Source: the human T2T-CHM13v2.0 reference genome, Homo sapiens. Taken from it: 64,000 bases of DNA. A model generated the notes under the pieces. It worked only from the letters and a program-made list of their open reading frames with translations. It was not told where the DNA came from and made no database searches. Positions within the stretch are counted from its first letter, which is position 1. Every line of letters starts with the position of its first letter. Below, one piece after another: positions 1-16,512 of the stretch. The DNA lies in the NCBI RefSeq assembly GCF_009914755.1, contig NC_060928.1. One strand, given 5' to 3'. The position numbers were made by a program, and so were the translations under genes.

Positions 1-1266
1 TGTCTTGTTCCAATTCTCAAGTGCAATGCTTTTAACTTTTCCCTATTCAATGTGCTGTTGGCTATAGGTCTGTCATAAATGGCTTTTATTCCTCTGAAGT
101 ATGCCCCTTACATGCTAATTCTGAGAGTTTTTTCATAAAGGGATGCTGAATTTTGTCAAATATTTTTCTGTCTCTATTGAGATTGTCATATGATTTTCAT
201 TTTTGATTCTGTTTATGTGTTGTATCATATTTATTGACTTACATATTTTAAGTCATTCCTGAATTCCTGGTATAAAACCCATCTGATTATGATGTATTAT
301 CTTTTTGATAGTTGTTGGATTTGGTTAGTTAATATTTTGTTGAGGATGTTTTGCAGCTGTGTTCATCAGGGATATGGGTCTGTAGTTTTATTTTTTTGTT
401 GTGTCCTTTCCTGGTTTTGCTATTAGGGTGATACTGGCTTCAAAGAAAAACTTAGGGAGGATTCCCTTTCTCTATATTTTGGAATACTTTCAGTAAAATG
501 GTACCAATTCTTCTTTGAACATCTGATAGAATTCAGCTGTGAACCCCTCTCATCACGTACTCTTTTGTTGACAATTTTTTTATTACTGATTCAATTTTTG
601 CTGCTTGTTATTGGTCTGTTCAGAGTTTGTATTTTTTCCTAATTTAATCTAGTAAGGTTCTACATTTCTAGGAATTTATCCGTCTCCTCTAGATGTACTA
701 ATTTGTGCACATAAAGATGTTGATAATAGGTTGAAATAATCTTTTGTATTGTGTGGTATTGGTTGTAATAGCTCCCATTTTGTTTCTAATTGAGCTTATT
801 TGGATCTTGTCTCTTCTTTTCTTGGTTAATCTCTCTAATGATCTATCAATTTTGTTTATCTTTTCAAAGAACCACTTTTTGTTTTACTTATCTTTTGTAA
901 TTTTTTGTTTCAATTTTATTTAGTTAGGCTCTGATTTTTGTTATTTCTTCTGCTGGGTTTGGGTTTGGTTTGTTCTTTTACCTTAATTTGGGTGAGTCTG
1001 TTATGTGTTAGGTGAGTAGTTTCTTGAAGATAGCAGATAGTTGGTTAGTGAATTTTTATTCATTTGGCCATTTTATATCTTTTAAGTGGAACATTAGGCC
1101 ATTTACATTCAATGTTAGTATTGAGACTTGAGATATTGTTATATTCATCATGTTAGTTGTTGCCTAAATACTTTTTTTATTGTGCTATTGTTTTATAGGC
1201 CTTTTGAGGTTTATGCTGTAAGGGGGTTCTTATTTTGGTGTATTTCAAGGTTTTATTTCAAGATTT

Positions 1267-2079
1267 TTAATTCCTTTTAGCATTTCTTGTTTTACTGGTT
1301 TGGTTGCAGCAAATTTTCTCAGCATTTGTTTGTCTGAAAAAAAATTTTATCTTTCCTTCATTTCTAAATCTTAGTTTTTCTGGATACAAAATTCTTGGCT
1401 GACAACTATTTTGTTTAAGGAGGTTAAAGATAGGACCCCAATACCTTCTGGCTTGCAAGGTCTTTGCTGAGAAATCTGCTGTTAATCTGATAGGTTTTCC
1501 TTTATAGGCTATCTGATGCTTTTGCCTCACAGCTCCTAAGATTCTTTTCTTCATCTTGACTTTAGATAACCTGATGACCTATCTGGCTAGGTGATGATCT
1601 TTTTGCAGTAAATTTCCCAGGAGTTCTTTGTATTGTATTTGGATGTCTGTATTTCCAGCCAGGCGAGGAAAGGTTTCCTCAATTATTCCCTTAAATAAGT
1701 TTTCCAAACTTTTAGATTTCTCTTCTTCCTCATGAACATTAAGTATTCTTAGGTTTGTCCATTTAACATAATCCCACATTCTTGGAAACTGCTCATTTTT
1801 TAAAATTCTTTTTTATATGTCCTTGTCTGGTTGGGTTAATTTGAAAACCTTCTCTTTCAGTTCTGAAGTTCTTTCTTCTACTTGTTCTAGTCTATTTTTG
1901 AAAATTTCCACTGCATTTTGTATTTCCCTGATGTGTCTTTCATTTCTAGAGGTTGTGATTATTTTTATTTTATGATATATATCTCTGTATAATTTTTTTA
2001 TCCATATCCTGCATTGTTTTCTTAATTTATTTAAGTTGTTTTCACCTTTCTCTGGTGTCTCCTTGAGTAGCTTAATCAT
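1267..2079 (-). pseudogene. L1 ORF1p remnant (frameshifted)
   Basis: ORF-track fragments 1267-1554, 1579-1779 and 1813-2079 match the L1 ORF1p coiled-coil/RRM/CTD. Confidence 0.85.
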
Positions 2080-2081
2080 AA

Positions 2082-2829
2082 TGCGTCCAGAATTTATTCC
2101 TTCCTGTGGGTTCTTGGTCTCATTGACTTCAAGAATGAGGCCACGGACCCTTGTGGTGAGTGTTACAGTTCTTAAAGATGGTGTGTCCAGGATTTGTCCT
2201 TTCAGATGTTCAGATGTGTCCAGAGTTTCTTCCAGTGAGTTCGTGGTCTTGCTGACTTCAGTAGTGAAGCCACAGACATTTGCAGTGAGTGTTAAAGCTC
2301 TTAAAGGTGGCGTGTCCAGAGTTGTTTTCTCCTCCTGGTGGGTTCGTGGTCTTCCTGACTTCAGGAATGAAGTCGCAGAACCTCACAGTGAGTGTTATAG
2401 CTAATAAAGGTAGTGTGGACTGAAAGACTGAGCAGCAGCAAGATTTATTGTGAAGAGCGAAAGAGCAAAGCTTCCACAGCGTGGAAGGGGACCTGAGTGG
2501 GTTGCCACTGCTGGTTTGGATGGCCAGCTTTTATTCCTTTATTTGGCCCCACCCATATCCTGCAGATTGGTCCATTTTACAGAGTGCTGATTGGTCCATT
2601 TTACAGAGTCCTGATTGGTCCATTTTACAGAGTGCTGATTGGAGCATTTACAATCCTTTAGCTAGACACAGAGTGCTGATTGGTGCATTTTTAGAGTGCC
2701 GATTTTTGTGTTTACAATCCTTTAGCTAGATACAGGGCGCTGATTGGTGCATTTATAATCCTCTAGCTAGACAGAAAAGTTCTCCAAGTCCCCACTCGAC
2801 CCAGGAAGTCTAGCTGGCTTCATCTGTCC
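2082..2829 (-). mobile_element. Solo LTR12 (ERV9 LTR) inserted in L1 ORF1
   Basis: Repeated GCTGATTGG (reverse CCAAT) enhancer units and U5 repeats homologous to the LTRs at 33771 and 41784. 4-bp TSD ATAA at 2078-2081 and 2830-2833. Confidence 0.93.
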
Positions 2830-3291
2830 ATAATTCTTCTGAATTCTTTATCTGGTAATTAAGAGATGTCTTCTTGATTTGGATCCATTGCTTGGGAGCT
2901 AGTGTGATCTTTCTGACATGTTATAGAAACCTGCTTTGTCATATTACAAGAATAACTTTTCTGCTTCCCACTCATTTGAGTAGACTACTTCCTAAAATTT
3001 ATATTGAATTTGTTTTTGATTGAACTTTGTCTTTTAAAAAATTTAAATTTCTTTTTTTCCTCTCTTAAGGATCGGACTTTAATGTTTATTTTAGCTGGAT
3101 TTGATTCTTGGTGCTTGATTGTGTGAAGACTCTGTATAAGTTCCTTAGTTATAGACAGTCTTTGTGCACTGGCTTTCCTGGATACTGGCTGCAGTAGTTA
3201 TGTTGTTGGTGTGTGGGTGAGTTCACTGTCTCCTGTGGAATTGGAATGCCAGGGATCTCTTGAACTTATCTCCTTCTCTTGTGGGATACAC

Positions 3292-3292
3292 T

Positions 3293-3335
<43 letters not shown>

Positions 3336-3337
3336 TT
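3292..3337. repeat. (TTTA)n microsatellite
   Basis: Direct reading. Confidence 0.95.
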
Positions 3338-5713
3338 TTCTGGTATTTTATTTGCTGAGTTGATTCAGGTTTCAGTCCAATAAGGAAGACATCTCTGGGT
3401 AGGCAATGGTTGTAGCTAAGGCAGATGGGTATATGTAATACCCAACAGTGGGCTAAGGTGCTAGCCTTGATGAGGGTGGCTGAGGGAGCTCTCAGATGTG
3501 CTGAGGTTTTACCATGGTGAAGAGTGGGAACTACCTCAGCTCCCCTGCCAGGCCTGCAGGAAAGCTCTTCACCTCACAGCCTCACTCGTATTCTAGTGTT
3601 TCAGCTACTCAAATCTGACAGCCACCTCTTTTCTTCTATAGAAATGTTGATGTTCCAAGTAGAAAGGAACTGTGACTCTGCCTCTCATGCAGACCTGAAT
3701 CTGGAGCGTGCTCCTCCTGTGGGGTTGTGCTTACCCTGGATTGTTCCAGGAAGGCTGTCTATATGTGCCTTCACTCTGCATTCCTACGGGGGAAGCTCCA
3801 GCTGTGTCTGCAGTGGAGTGCCAGGGAGTAAGAAGGACATCTTCTCACAGAGGCTGCCTGCCTGTTGTAGTAGAGAGGTGCAGACTTTCCCTACTACACT
3901 CAGCATTTCAACTGTGTCTCTGCTGTAATAAACTTCCCACCAGTGGAAAGACCTGGAATTCAGGCCTGATGTTCAGATTATTTTATCTTACAACATGATC
4001 TCTTGATGTGGTACTCTCCACCTTTCCTTGAGAATGGGGCTTCTTCCTGAGAGCTGAATTGAAGCAATTGTTATTGCTCTTCTGGGTCTAGCCACCAAAT
4101 GGAACTACCATGCGTTGGGCTGGTGCTGGAGAATGTCTACAAAGAGTGCAGTGATGTGACCAATCTTCAGGTCTCCCAGGCATTGATGCCAGCACCTGGC
4201 TATGGTGGAGATGGCAGGTGAGTGCTGTAGACACTGAGTTTCCTTGTTTGTAGATAGGTTTAGTGCACTGGTTTCCTTGAATACTGGTTATGCTACCAGT
4301 GAAGTTGTCATGTGAACAGACTCAGGACCTCTGGTTAGCCAGGGTGTTGCAGGCAGTGCTGTTGTTTTCTCCTTCCTGGGAGCAGTGTTATTCTGCCAAG
4401 AGTTGCTGTAATGGCTGCCTCTGCTGTGCAGTAGGTTCGTCAGGGGAGTGGGGAATGACCAGCAGTGATTGGCCTCACCCAACTGCCCCCACACAGTTGG
4501 CAAGGCAGGTTTCGCTCAGCAGTGCCCTGCTAAACAGTGCTGAGTTTAGATCCAGGCCACTAGCACATAGAACTCAGACCTGCCCCAGGCCATAATCTTC
4601 CCTGATGAGAAAGCAAGCATGGCTTTTGGGCCATGCTCTTCCCCATCTGCTTGCAATTCTGGGTGTCCTGCACCTGCATTCCTATCTGCTTCAGTTCTTG
4701 TTCATACCACAAATTCTCTTCAAGGAAGTTCATGCCTTCTCAGAATTATCACAAAATTCATTTAGGAGCTTCTTCCACTCTGCAACTTCTCTGTAATTCT
4801 ACTACCTGCCTTCCCTGTGAAATATAGTCAGGAATGGCTTCCCTGGATTCTAGTCAGAAACTGGGAATGCCTACAAGGCCTTTCCTGCTGCTGCTTCTAC
4901 TTTTATATTTCAAGTCACTCCCTAAATCTGTTACAGCTCTAGGTGGAGTTAAAGCCTTCTTCAGTGATCTGGATTTATGTGTCTTCAGAGGCAGGCTTTT
5001 CCGCTTCACACTCTGAGAACTTAGTATTTTGCTTGTCTCAGGGAGTTTGCAGCAATGTGCCACTTTTTTTCAAAGGATTTGTGAATACTTTTGGTTTTCC
5101 TGGTATGTTTTTGTGGTGGTTCTTGGAACAAAGATTCACAGTGTGACTCTCTACACATTCTTCTGTTTATCCAAGTTGAAGATGCACACTAGCCCTGCTT
5201 CCTATCCAATCCACATGTTATTTGTGACAACAACTCTCCAGTAATTTTTGGTTCCTCTTCCTCTGAGAACATACATGCCCAGACATCTTAATTTTCACTA
5301 AGAAACTTTTCATTATTTCCTTATATCCTTCTGGAAATATTTTTCTTCCTAACTTCTGCAGTACCTATTATATCATTGAATGGACCATTTCCGCATACAT
5401 TTCTACATAGAATAAAACCTTTGACTTTTACACGGTTTGAGTCAGTTTATTTGCAAAGATGATTTGGACAGGGAAGGCAATGGGGTATCTAGATATTCAT
5501 TTACAAAAGTTTGAGCAATCTTTTTGTTTTCATTATTATGCCCCATCTCAACCTCAATATACATTACATGATGCTTTCCATATCTGAACCTGTGTTTGGT
5601 TCTGTGATGAGAATTGGTGTACTTTTCACTTATGTCTCCTTCTGTAGATACCTGGTATTTAGATCTTTCATATTTGCTAAATCCTCTACCTACTGTACAT
5701 ATGTTAAGAATTT

Positions 5714-6020
5714 GTCCAAGTGCAGTGGGTCACACCTATAATCCCAGCACTTTGGGAAGATGAGGCAGGATGATTGCTTGAGTCCAGGAGTTTGAGACCA
5801 GCTTGGGCAATGTGGTGAGACCCCTCACTTAACAAAAAATGAAAAAAAAACTAGGTGTGGTGGTACATGCCTGTAGTCCCAGCTACTCAGGAAGCTGAGG
5901 TGGGAAGATCATGTGAGCCCAGGCATTTGAGACTGCAGTAAGCCATGATCATATCACTGCACTCCAGCCTGGGTGACAGAGTGAGACCTTGTTTCCAAAA
6001 CAAACAAACAAACAAAACAA
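5714..6020 (+). mobile_element. Alu (AluJ-like)
   Basis: Dimeric Alu with J-type GATTGCTTGAG and GAGCCCAGG features and a (CAAA)n tail. Confidence 0.9.
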
Positions 6021-6190
6021 TTATATAGGCTTTTATCTTCAAGTATTTTTTCTTTAGGTTTATACTTTTTATTTCTCTATTAATATTTTAAGTGAATGTA
6101 AATTGTAACAAAGGTAAACATATTGAACAGAGTTCCAATTCACCACTTTTAACTGGAACTCAATGATATCTTTCTTACTTATAGTTCTTG

Positions 6191-6697
6191 TGTCATCAAA
6201 ATGCCAGGGATTCGGTCTAGGTCCTGCTGTTCGCTGCACAGAAAGTCAATCACTGAGACAATGAACATTTATTGCCAGGGGGAAAAAAGCTTACTTTGAG
6301 TGCTGTAGTTGAGGAGATGACAGATCAGTCTCAAATCTATTCTCCTCCACCCCTAAAATTAGGGGTTTATATAGCTGGATAGAAATTTTACTACGTGTGG
6401 GAAAACAGGAACTAGGGAAGGATAAAGAAAAAGAGTTGGTCAGCAGGCAGCTGGTGGTCACTTAGGCAATCATGATGGGTGTGGGGTCCAGCGTCTCACT
6501 GTCCAGGTGAATTGATCTGGTAAGTTTCAGGTCCATGATACTATCTGCCATGCTTGATGGTTTATTTTTGGAGAAAGGAACTCAGGTAAGTTGAAAGTAA
6601 GTTTCTCAAGTTTTAAGGCTGAGGAGGGCATCCATTTCCATGTTTACTGAGAAGAAACCATAAATATCAGTTTTATGAGACAAGTGGTCTAGTTTCA
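6191..6697 (-). mobile_element. Solo ERV1 MER4-group LTR (TGAAAC...TAACA type; subfamily uncertain)
   Basis: TG...CA termini, homologous to 57333-57823, flanked by CTTG/TTTG (degenerate 4-bp TSD). Confidence 0.8.
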
Positions 6698-6743
6698 TTT
6701 GGTATTCTTACATTTCCCAATCTTGTAATCTTTCATCATAATT

Positions 6744-7362
6744 CTGACTCCTGGACTTTTATGTGGTTATAGCAAGGAGTAAATCTAAGAAAAGTCATTA
6801 TTTATAAAGTTATTACAGAATATGTGTGTAGTTTTAAAGTTAATTCATGTTAATAATTGATACAGTTAACATTTTTGGCCTTAAAAAATCCCCCCGAACA
6901 TAATACCTTATAATAACAGTTATTTATTAAACCCATGAATCTGTAGGTATATAATTTAGTATAGGCTCTACTGGATGCCTTTTCTGGTCTGGGCTCAACT
7001 CAATTAATCAATGGTACCTCAGATGGGAACACTGAGCTAACCAGAAGCTCTGGCTGACTCCTAGATTTTTATGTGGTTATGTCAAGGAAGAAATCTAAGA
7101 AAAGTCACTATTTATAAAATTATTATAGAATATGTGTGTAGTTTCAAAATTAATTCATGTTAATAATTGATGCGGTTAGCATTTTCTGCCTTAAAAATCC
7201 CCCAGAACATAATACCTTATAGTAACAATCATTCATTTAGTCCCTGAATCTGTAGGTACATAATTTATTATGGGATCGACTGGATGTCTTTTCCTGTCTG
7301 GCCTCAACTCAACTAATCTCTGGTACCTCAAATGGGAACACTGAGATGATGAGAAGCTCTGG
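6744..7362 (+). repeat. Tandem duplication, 2 x ~310 bp
   Basis: 6744-7053 and 7054-7362 both run CTGACTCCT...GAAGCTCTGG, roughly 85% identical by eye. Confidence 0.92.
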
Positions 7363-7655
7363 TCCCCTTCTCCACCTAGTTTGTCATTCTCCAGCAAGAT
7401 AACTAGGGCTTCTTTACATAGTGGTGGTAGAGTTTGAGGAGCAGCAAGTGTATAGACTCCAACAAATAAGCCAAGGCTAAGTTTCTATCATGTCTTCTAT
7501 TGTCCCATTGACTAAAGCAAATTTGGTCAAGCCCGGATTCAAGGGGTAGAAGAATAGACATCACTGCTTTATGCAAGATGGTGTAAAATTGCATTGCAAA
7601 AGTGAAATGCAAACATACACAGAAAAAAAAGTCATTTTTGCAGTTTGCCACCATA
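7170..7655 (-). mobile_element. Old MaLR LTR (MLT1J/K-like)
   Basis: MLT1-type motifs (GTCCCATTGACTAAAGCAA..., ending TTTTTGCAGTTTGCCACCA). Confidence 0.6.
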
Positions 7656-9439
7656 ATCTGAATCTTTTATAGGAGAAACATTTTTATTGAATGTCATTAA
7701 AAATAAGTAAAATAACATTATCTTAAATACTTATTTATTGGTAGCCAAACCAAACCTGTTAATATTTTTCATATAGAACTCTCTACAATTTGGGGATATT
7801 AGCAGCATTCACTGATTACAGCCCACAGTCAACTACAAGTCATTAACGCAGAAATAAAGGACCAACAATTAATATTCATAACCACCATCTGTCACATAAC
7901 ATATTCCTAAGCAAATATATTATACTTAACTTTCAAAGGATTAGTATTTGCATTAAAATATATTTTTATAGAACAAAAACATAAGAAATATTTATTCATA
8001 GAAAACCTGAAAATTGATTTTGAAGAGAGTGTGTCATCTTTTTTTCAATATGGATTGTATTCACAAGTGCTAGAGGGATTCAGTTACTCTATTCTGAGCA
8101 TAGCATAAGAGAGAGGTGAGATATGAAGTGCTAGTAAGTTATAGGAAAGCAGGTAACAAGTTTCTTCCTTGGTTACATGTCCCATTTTTTAAAAAAGTAT
8201 TTGTGAGAATGATATATATGAATAAAAGAAAATACTATTCTCTCTAATTTCATAATTTCCTAGGTAATACATATGAAATTGGCAAAGAAAACAAACTATT
8301 ACATGAGCATATATCTGTGGGTATAAAAGACACAAATGATATATATTCATTTAACTCAATCTTGCAAAAAACAGAATATTTCATATAGGCACAGAAGTAA
8401 TATGGTTGTATTTGTAGAGATCAATATGTCTATGTTTGAATATTATTCTATCCTTTATATTTTGATTTTAGAATTCATTTGCTAAGGATTATATGAAGTA
8501 TGAGTCAGAGGGAAGACAACCAGATAATTATGATATAATTAACATTTTAGAATACAAACACTCTGGAAGAAAAAAAGGACAATCAGATGATCCAAAATGA
8601 CTTTCCCTTGTAATGTTATAAAAGACACCACATTTGTATGAAAGATAAGGTACATGTGAACATACACCTAATTTCAAAGTCAGTTCTTTTGGTGATATAT
8701 AGAACTGTAAGACTCATAATGATATCTTCTTCAAATGATGCTCAATGTCACTACAAAGTATTTACTGTAAGCACTGAGTCGATTTTGATTCAGCAACTAA
8801 AATGATATTAATAATTGTCTACAGTGAACTATACCTTCAATATGCATATTTGTTTCTAATTTACAAATTACACAGGTAAGACAAATATTTAACAGACATA
8901 ATGTATACTTACTAATGAAATGTATCTTTTGTTAGATGAATAATCAAAACTATATTCTTAAGTTCTGTGGGGTCATGGTTTTACATCCCATTACCTAGGA
9001 TGGGAGTAATCAATACATTTTGTGAAACAAATTAAATTCTCCATTTTTTATGTATGTGTACTGTCTTCATTATTTTGCAAATATATCTCATGAGTAAGAG
9101 CATATTCAAAGTTAGATCAAGTCAATATCACAAAATTGTTAATTAACAGCTTCAGGTAAAACTTGAATACATTGCTATTTCTTAGCTGTGTTTACCAGAA
9201 TTTGTACTGTAGTCTGTATTTTACATAGTGTCCTGAGGCGTAGTCCCATTAGTTCTTCATGAAGCATGTGGAATGAAACTGACCTGTCTCCCAGTGACTG
9301 GTGCTTCTCTTTCAACTTAAATAGCATGGTATAATTTATCCTTGAGTTTCTTGTTATCACTTGATTTATGGTTTCCAAGGGGGAAAAACTGTATCCAGCA
9401 AATAAAAAACTTCAAGTTTCTTAGCATTTTTAAGCTAAC

Positions 9440-9730
9440 ATTTTTAAGCATAATTATTGAGGTAAATCATTAAAAAATAAACTGCACATCCTGAATAGTA
9501 ATATATAGATATAGATGTAGATGTAGATTTAGATATATCCGTGAAACCATCAATATAATCAAAATAAGGACTATATATTATCCCCCCAAAACTACCTCTC
9601 CCCTCTTACTTCCCCCTTACACATTGCCAAGCAACCACTGCTCTGCCTTCTGTCATTACATATTAAATTACTTTTTTTAGAATTTTATAAAAATGGAATA
9701 ATATAGCATATATTCTCTATTCTCTTTTTT
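9440..9730 (-). mobile_element. Ancient L1M 3' UTR fragment
   Basis: GCAACCACTGCTCTGCCTTCTGTC...TAGAATTTTATAAAAATGGAATAATATAG is typical of L1MB/MC 3' ends. Confidence 0.65.
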
Positions 9731-10323
9731 TATTTCTTGGAAATTTATAATGTCTTGTTTTTGTTGTTTTAATTTTATTCTCATTACACTGAAATTCTTC
9801 TAGAAGTATTAGTCTAAGTTTTAGTACTGTCATCTTTGCTTGAAAATTTGAATAGAAAATTCACTGGGGACAAAAAGTTATTTCTTAGATAACTTACAGA
9901 TTTAACGTAAAGGTAGAGCTATAATTAAAAAAAAGAGAGTATAATATAGTACTTGCTGTAGAGACAATACCAATCTTTACATTGATGTAATGAGAGTTTG
10001 TATTGAAGGAAAATTTTAATTATGAAATGAATTCTTACAGATTTCTGCTTTTCAGAAAGCTTGAGGTAAGATATACATATAAATACATATTAGAAAACCC
10101 CTAGAGAATATCTATTGACATTTCTGCAGTTAAGTTTCATTGATTCCACAATTTGCTACTTTCTATATATTGCAATGATAAAAAAAAGCCTCAGGAGATT
10201 TCTGAAATGCTGATCAACACAACACTTAAGACTTTACAGTTTTAAATTCTTCAGTGTGTGCCTTTTATAAACAAAAGTATAAACCATGTAAATGAAGATC
10301 CAACAGTGCATGTATGTGTGTGG

Positions 10324-10324
<1 letters not shown>

Positions 10325-10359
<35 letters not shown>
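10325..10359. repeat. (CA)n microsatellite
   Basis: Direct reading. Confidence 0.95.
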
Positions 10360-10360
<1 letters not shown>

Positions 10361-10692
10361 ATATTCATTATCCTTTAGGTTTCAGAACAAGTTTAAGTTC
10401 TTTAGGCCAAAGATACAAACAATATTTGATTAACACCACCTGGTATGTGACTGGGTCTTGATCAAGATAGAGTATTTAATTATGAAAAATAAAGTGACCA
10501 TAAAGCGAGAGTGCCTATCAAAAGATTAATGATGCAGACCAACACATTGTAAGGACCCACCAGCAATATAACACATGATAGAAGCGGGGCAACTATAATT
10601 AATTATAAGCAGGGAAAGAGGGCAAATGTAAGGTGCATGAACAAATGAAAGGGGCTGGGCTTTCCACTCTTCACAGCTTCATATGTTAATCT

Positions 10693-11000
10693 GTAACTGT
10701 TTTATTGCGACTGACAGAAGACACAAAACTCCTGATACAGAGACAATGGACTTTATTATTCATGACACAGCAGATAACTTAAGATTTATGTTAGCATTGA
10801 TACCTTTTATCAATTGATACCAGGCTCCACAAGTCCTGGAGGGACTATGCAGATGAGAGTAGATGTATACTATGCAGCGTCACAGCTGAAAAAAACTAGC
10901 TTTGGTATGTACCACATTTAAAGCAAAGCTGGTTCTTATTGAGAGAGAAACATTACCTCAACCTTCGAGGTTTTTGTTGTGACCACAACCATGAGAAATG
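10693..11000 (-). mobile_element. Probable old ERVL-class LTR fragment
   Basis: TGTAAC...GAAGACACAAAACTCCTG...GGACTTTATT resembles the reverse of an LTR U5/polyA end. Weak support. Confidence 0.35.
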
Positions 11001-11299
11001 GCACAAGTAAAGGGTGGTCAAGGGTTTGCATTCTTGACATAACCAGGAAGCCATGTCAGAAGATAAGAGACCCATGGAAGACTGTAGTTCCCTATACAGT
11101 TTGTCCATGCACCATGTCATCCACTGCCATGTCGCACCATGTCTTTCACTGCATGTGACAATAAGTGTGAGCTGAAAAAGAATCACTGGCAAAGTTGTCA
11201 CATGGGGTGATTTTTTATGACCAATTGATAGAGGAAGAGAAAGGATAACTTGATTCATACATGAGTTGACTTGTCCTTAGGATACAGATTAAAAAATAG

Positions 11300-12850
11300 A
11301 CTTATTTCTCACAGCAGCTTAATTCATTTGAGCACCCGAAAAGGTAACGAGAAAAATCTCCTAAAAGGCACAATTCTAAGCAGTGCATGCAGTCACATGC
11401 ATGAAATGAGGTGACCTGTGATAAGACTATATAGTGAATCATGGTCAGTGGTGAGTGGCTTGGCCACTTGATCACTGTCCTGAAAGGAAATAAATGGAAG
11501 TCTAGGGAGGAGGCAAGGAGATGGTCAATAAAAATAATGTGCCAATTATGATTTTTTTTTTGATACACAGTCTTGCTCTGTCACCCAGACTAGAGTGCAG
11601 TGGTGCAATCTCGGCTAACTGCAGGCTCTTCCTCCCAGGTTCACGCCATTCTCCTGCCTCAGCCTCCTGAGTAGCTGGGACTACAGGTGCCTGCCACCAC
11701 GCCCAGCTAATTTTTTGTATTTTTAGTAGAGATGGCATTTCACCATGTTAGCCTCGATCTCCTGACCTCGTGATCCACCTGCCTCGGCCTCCCAAAGTGC
11801 TGGGATTACAGGCGTGAGCCACCGCACCCGGCCTGTCAATTATGATTTTGGGACCACACATAAACATCCATCATAGAATATCCAACACAAAACACACCAA
11901 AGTAAATATAATGACTTGGTCAGTCGATGTCAGGCAGCCTCTGATCTCAGCTTCCACAGAGCTGACACAATGTACTCTTAAACAGTGTAGATGTGGTGGA
12001 AGGGATGGAGAGTATCTGTGGGCCCAACAGCATAAAACCACATTCAAGGGTAATTTATCAAGGCTGCATAGTATCCTGCTTTATTTCAACAGGAACAAAT
12101 ACTGGGCCCTGAATAGAACACTATCTCTCATAAAGTCTAGGAGCCACTTGGTGACAAGTTGTTTGTATTGCATCTTTAATCATGGAAGGGATAACGATTT
12201 ATCTTGCCTGTGCATGATTCACATTTTGCATATTGGTTTACTTTTTGGTCTACAGGGCCTCAGATAGTAACACTCTCTGAGAGCTTGCATAAAGTTTGCT
12301 CCACGAGCATAGGATCCCACATACAATAACAATAGCAAAGTATGACATTTACAGAAAAATAATTGCTTCAAGGGCACATGATAATGGTATCAACTGACTC
12401 TATAATACCATTGACCACTTAGAAGCTTCTAACGTGGTAGTGAGATGGGGTGAGATTTTGAGGATGTGGTTAATAGACTAGTGCGTAGAGAAGATCCAAT
12501 AGAGTAAGGATGTCTTCCTCAAGTATGCATTGTTCACCTTAAATAAATACATTTATATGGATCAGTGTTACCAAAGATTCTACTGGATGGGTCCAAAAAA
12601 TGTAGTTTGAATAGCAGTGATCCAGCTTTCAACAATTCCAGTGACACAGTGCAGTATGTGTTTTATCCTCCTATAACTCGGGACTCCAAAGGCTTAGTGT
12701 TCCTGATTCTAAAAAGGACAACATTTTTAACAGAAAACATACTTTTAAGCCCTGAACATTGAACTATTGATGCTACTCAATCATTCTGGGAATGTTTTGC
12801 CAAAAATTAGCAGGAAAGAAACAGCCATTTTTCCGGCAAAAGTAGTGGAC
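11300..12850 (+). mobile_element. Highly decayed ERVL-type internal sequence (pol RNaseH-integrase region)
   Basis: 11910-12035 resembles the ERVL HHCC region (...GGRDGxYxWAQQH). ~12145-12245 resembles the WQVDYIGPL core. ~12370-12460 resembles the GIHWSYHVPHHPEAAGLIERWNG segment. Confidence 0.7.
11551..11833 (-). mobile_element. AluY
   Basis: Y-type GTTCACGCCATTCTCC. TSD TG(C/T)CAATTATGATTTT at 11540-11555 and 11834-11849. Confidence 0.93.
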
Positions 12851-12855
12851 TCTGA

Positions 12856-16137
<3,282 letters not shown>

Positions 16138-16209
16138 GATTCCTATATTGCTTATTTCTTTACTGCAGGCTGAGACCCATTATCTCAAAAGTCCACTGGT
16201 ATAAAATCA

Positions 16210-16512
16210 TTTTGTTGTTGTTGTTGTTGTTGAGACAGAGTCTCACTCTGTTTCCCAAGCTGGAGTTCAGTGGCGCAGTCTTGGCTAACTGCAACCTCCA
16301 CCTCCTGAGTTCAAGCAATTCTCCTGCCTCAGCCTCCTGAGTGGCTGGGACTACAGGCATGCACCACCACATCTAGCTAATTTTTGTATGTTTAGTAGTG
16401 ACGGGGTTTCACTGTATTGGTCAGGCAGGTCTTGAACACCTGACCTCGTGATCCACTTGCCTCAGCCTCCCAAAGTGCTGGGATTACAGCCATGAGCCAC
16501 TGAGCCCTGCCC
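16210..16512 (-). mobile_element. AluS with (TTG)n tail
   Basis: Full dimer with a degenerate AAAATCA TSD. Confidence 0.9.

Larger units (their letters stand above)
1..5215 (-). mobile_element. Old LINE-1 (L1PB-like): 5' region, ORF1 and 5' half of ORF2; interrupted by LTR12 and internally deleted
   Basis: Minus-strand ORF1 fragments (YKGKPIRLTADFS, MWDYVKWTNLR). ORF2 start MNITISQVSILTLNVNGL at ~1148. ORF2-like sequence at 1-975. A long 5' region ends near 5215. Confidence 0.85.

Noticed and set aside
2520-2780. Regularly spaced repeats in LTR12 (also 33820-34095 and 41840-42065) resembling a CRISPR array
   Set aside because: These are LTR12 U3 enhancer repeats, with no unique spacers and no cas genes, in eukaryotic DNA.
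3524-5244. Cluster of GC-richer short ORFs
   Set aside because: They lie in the old L1 5' region and have no recognisable protein motifs.
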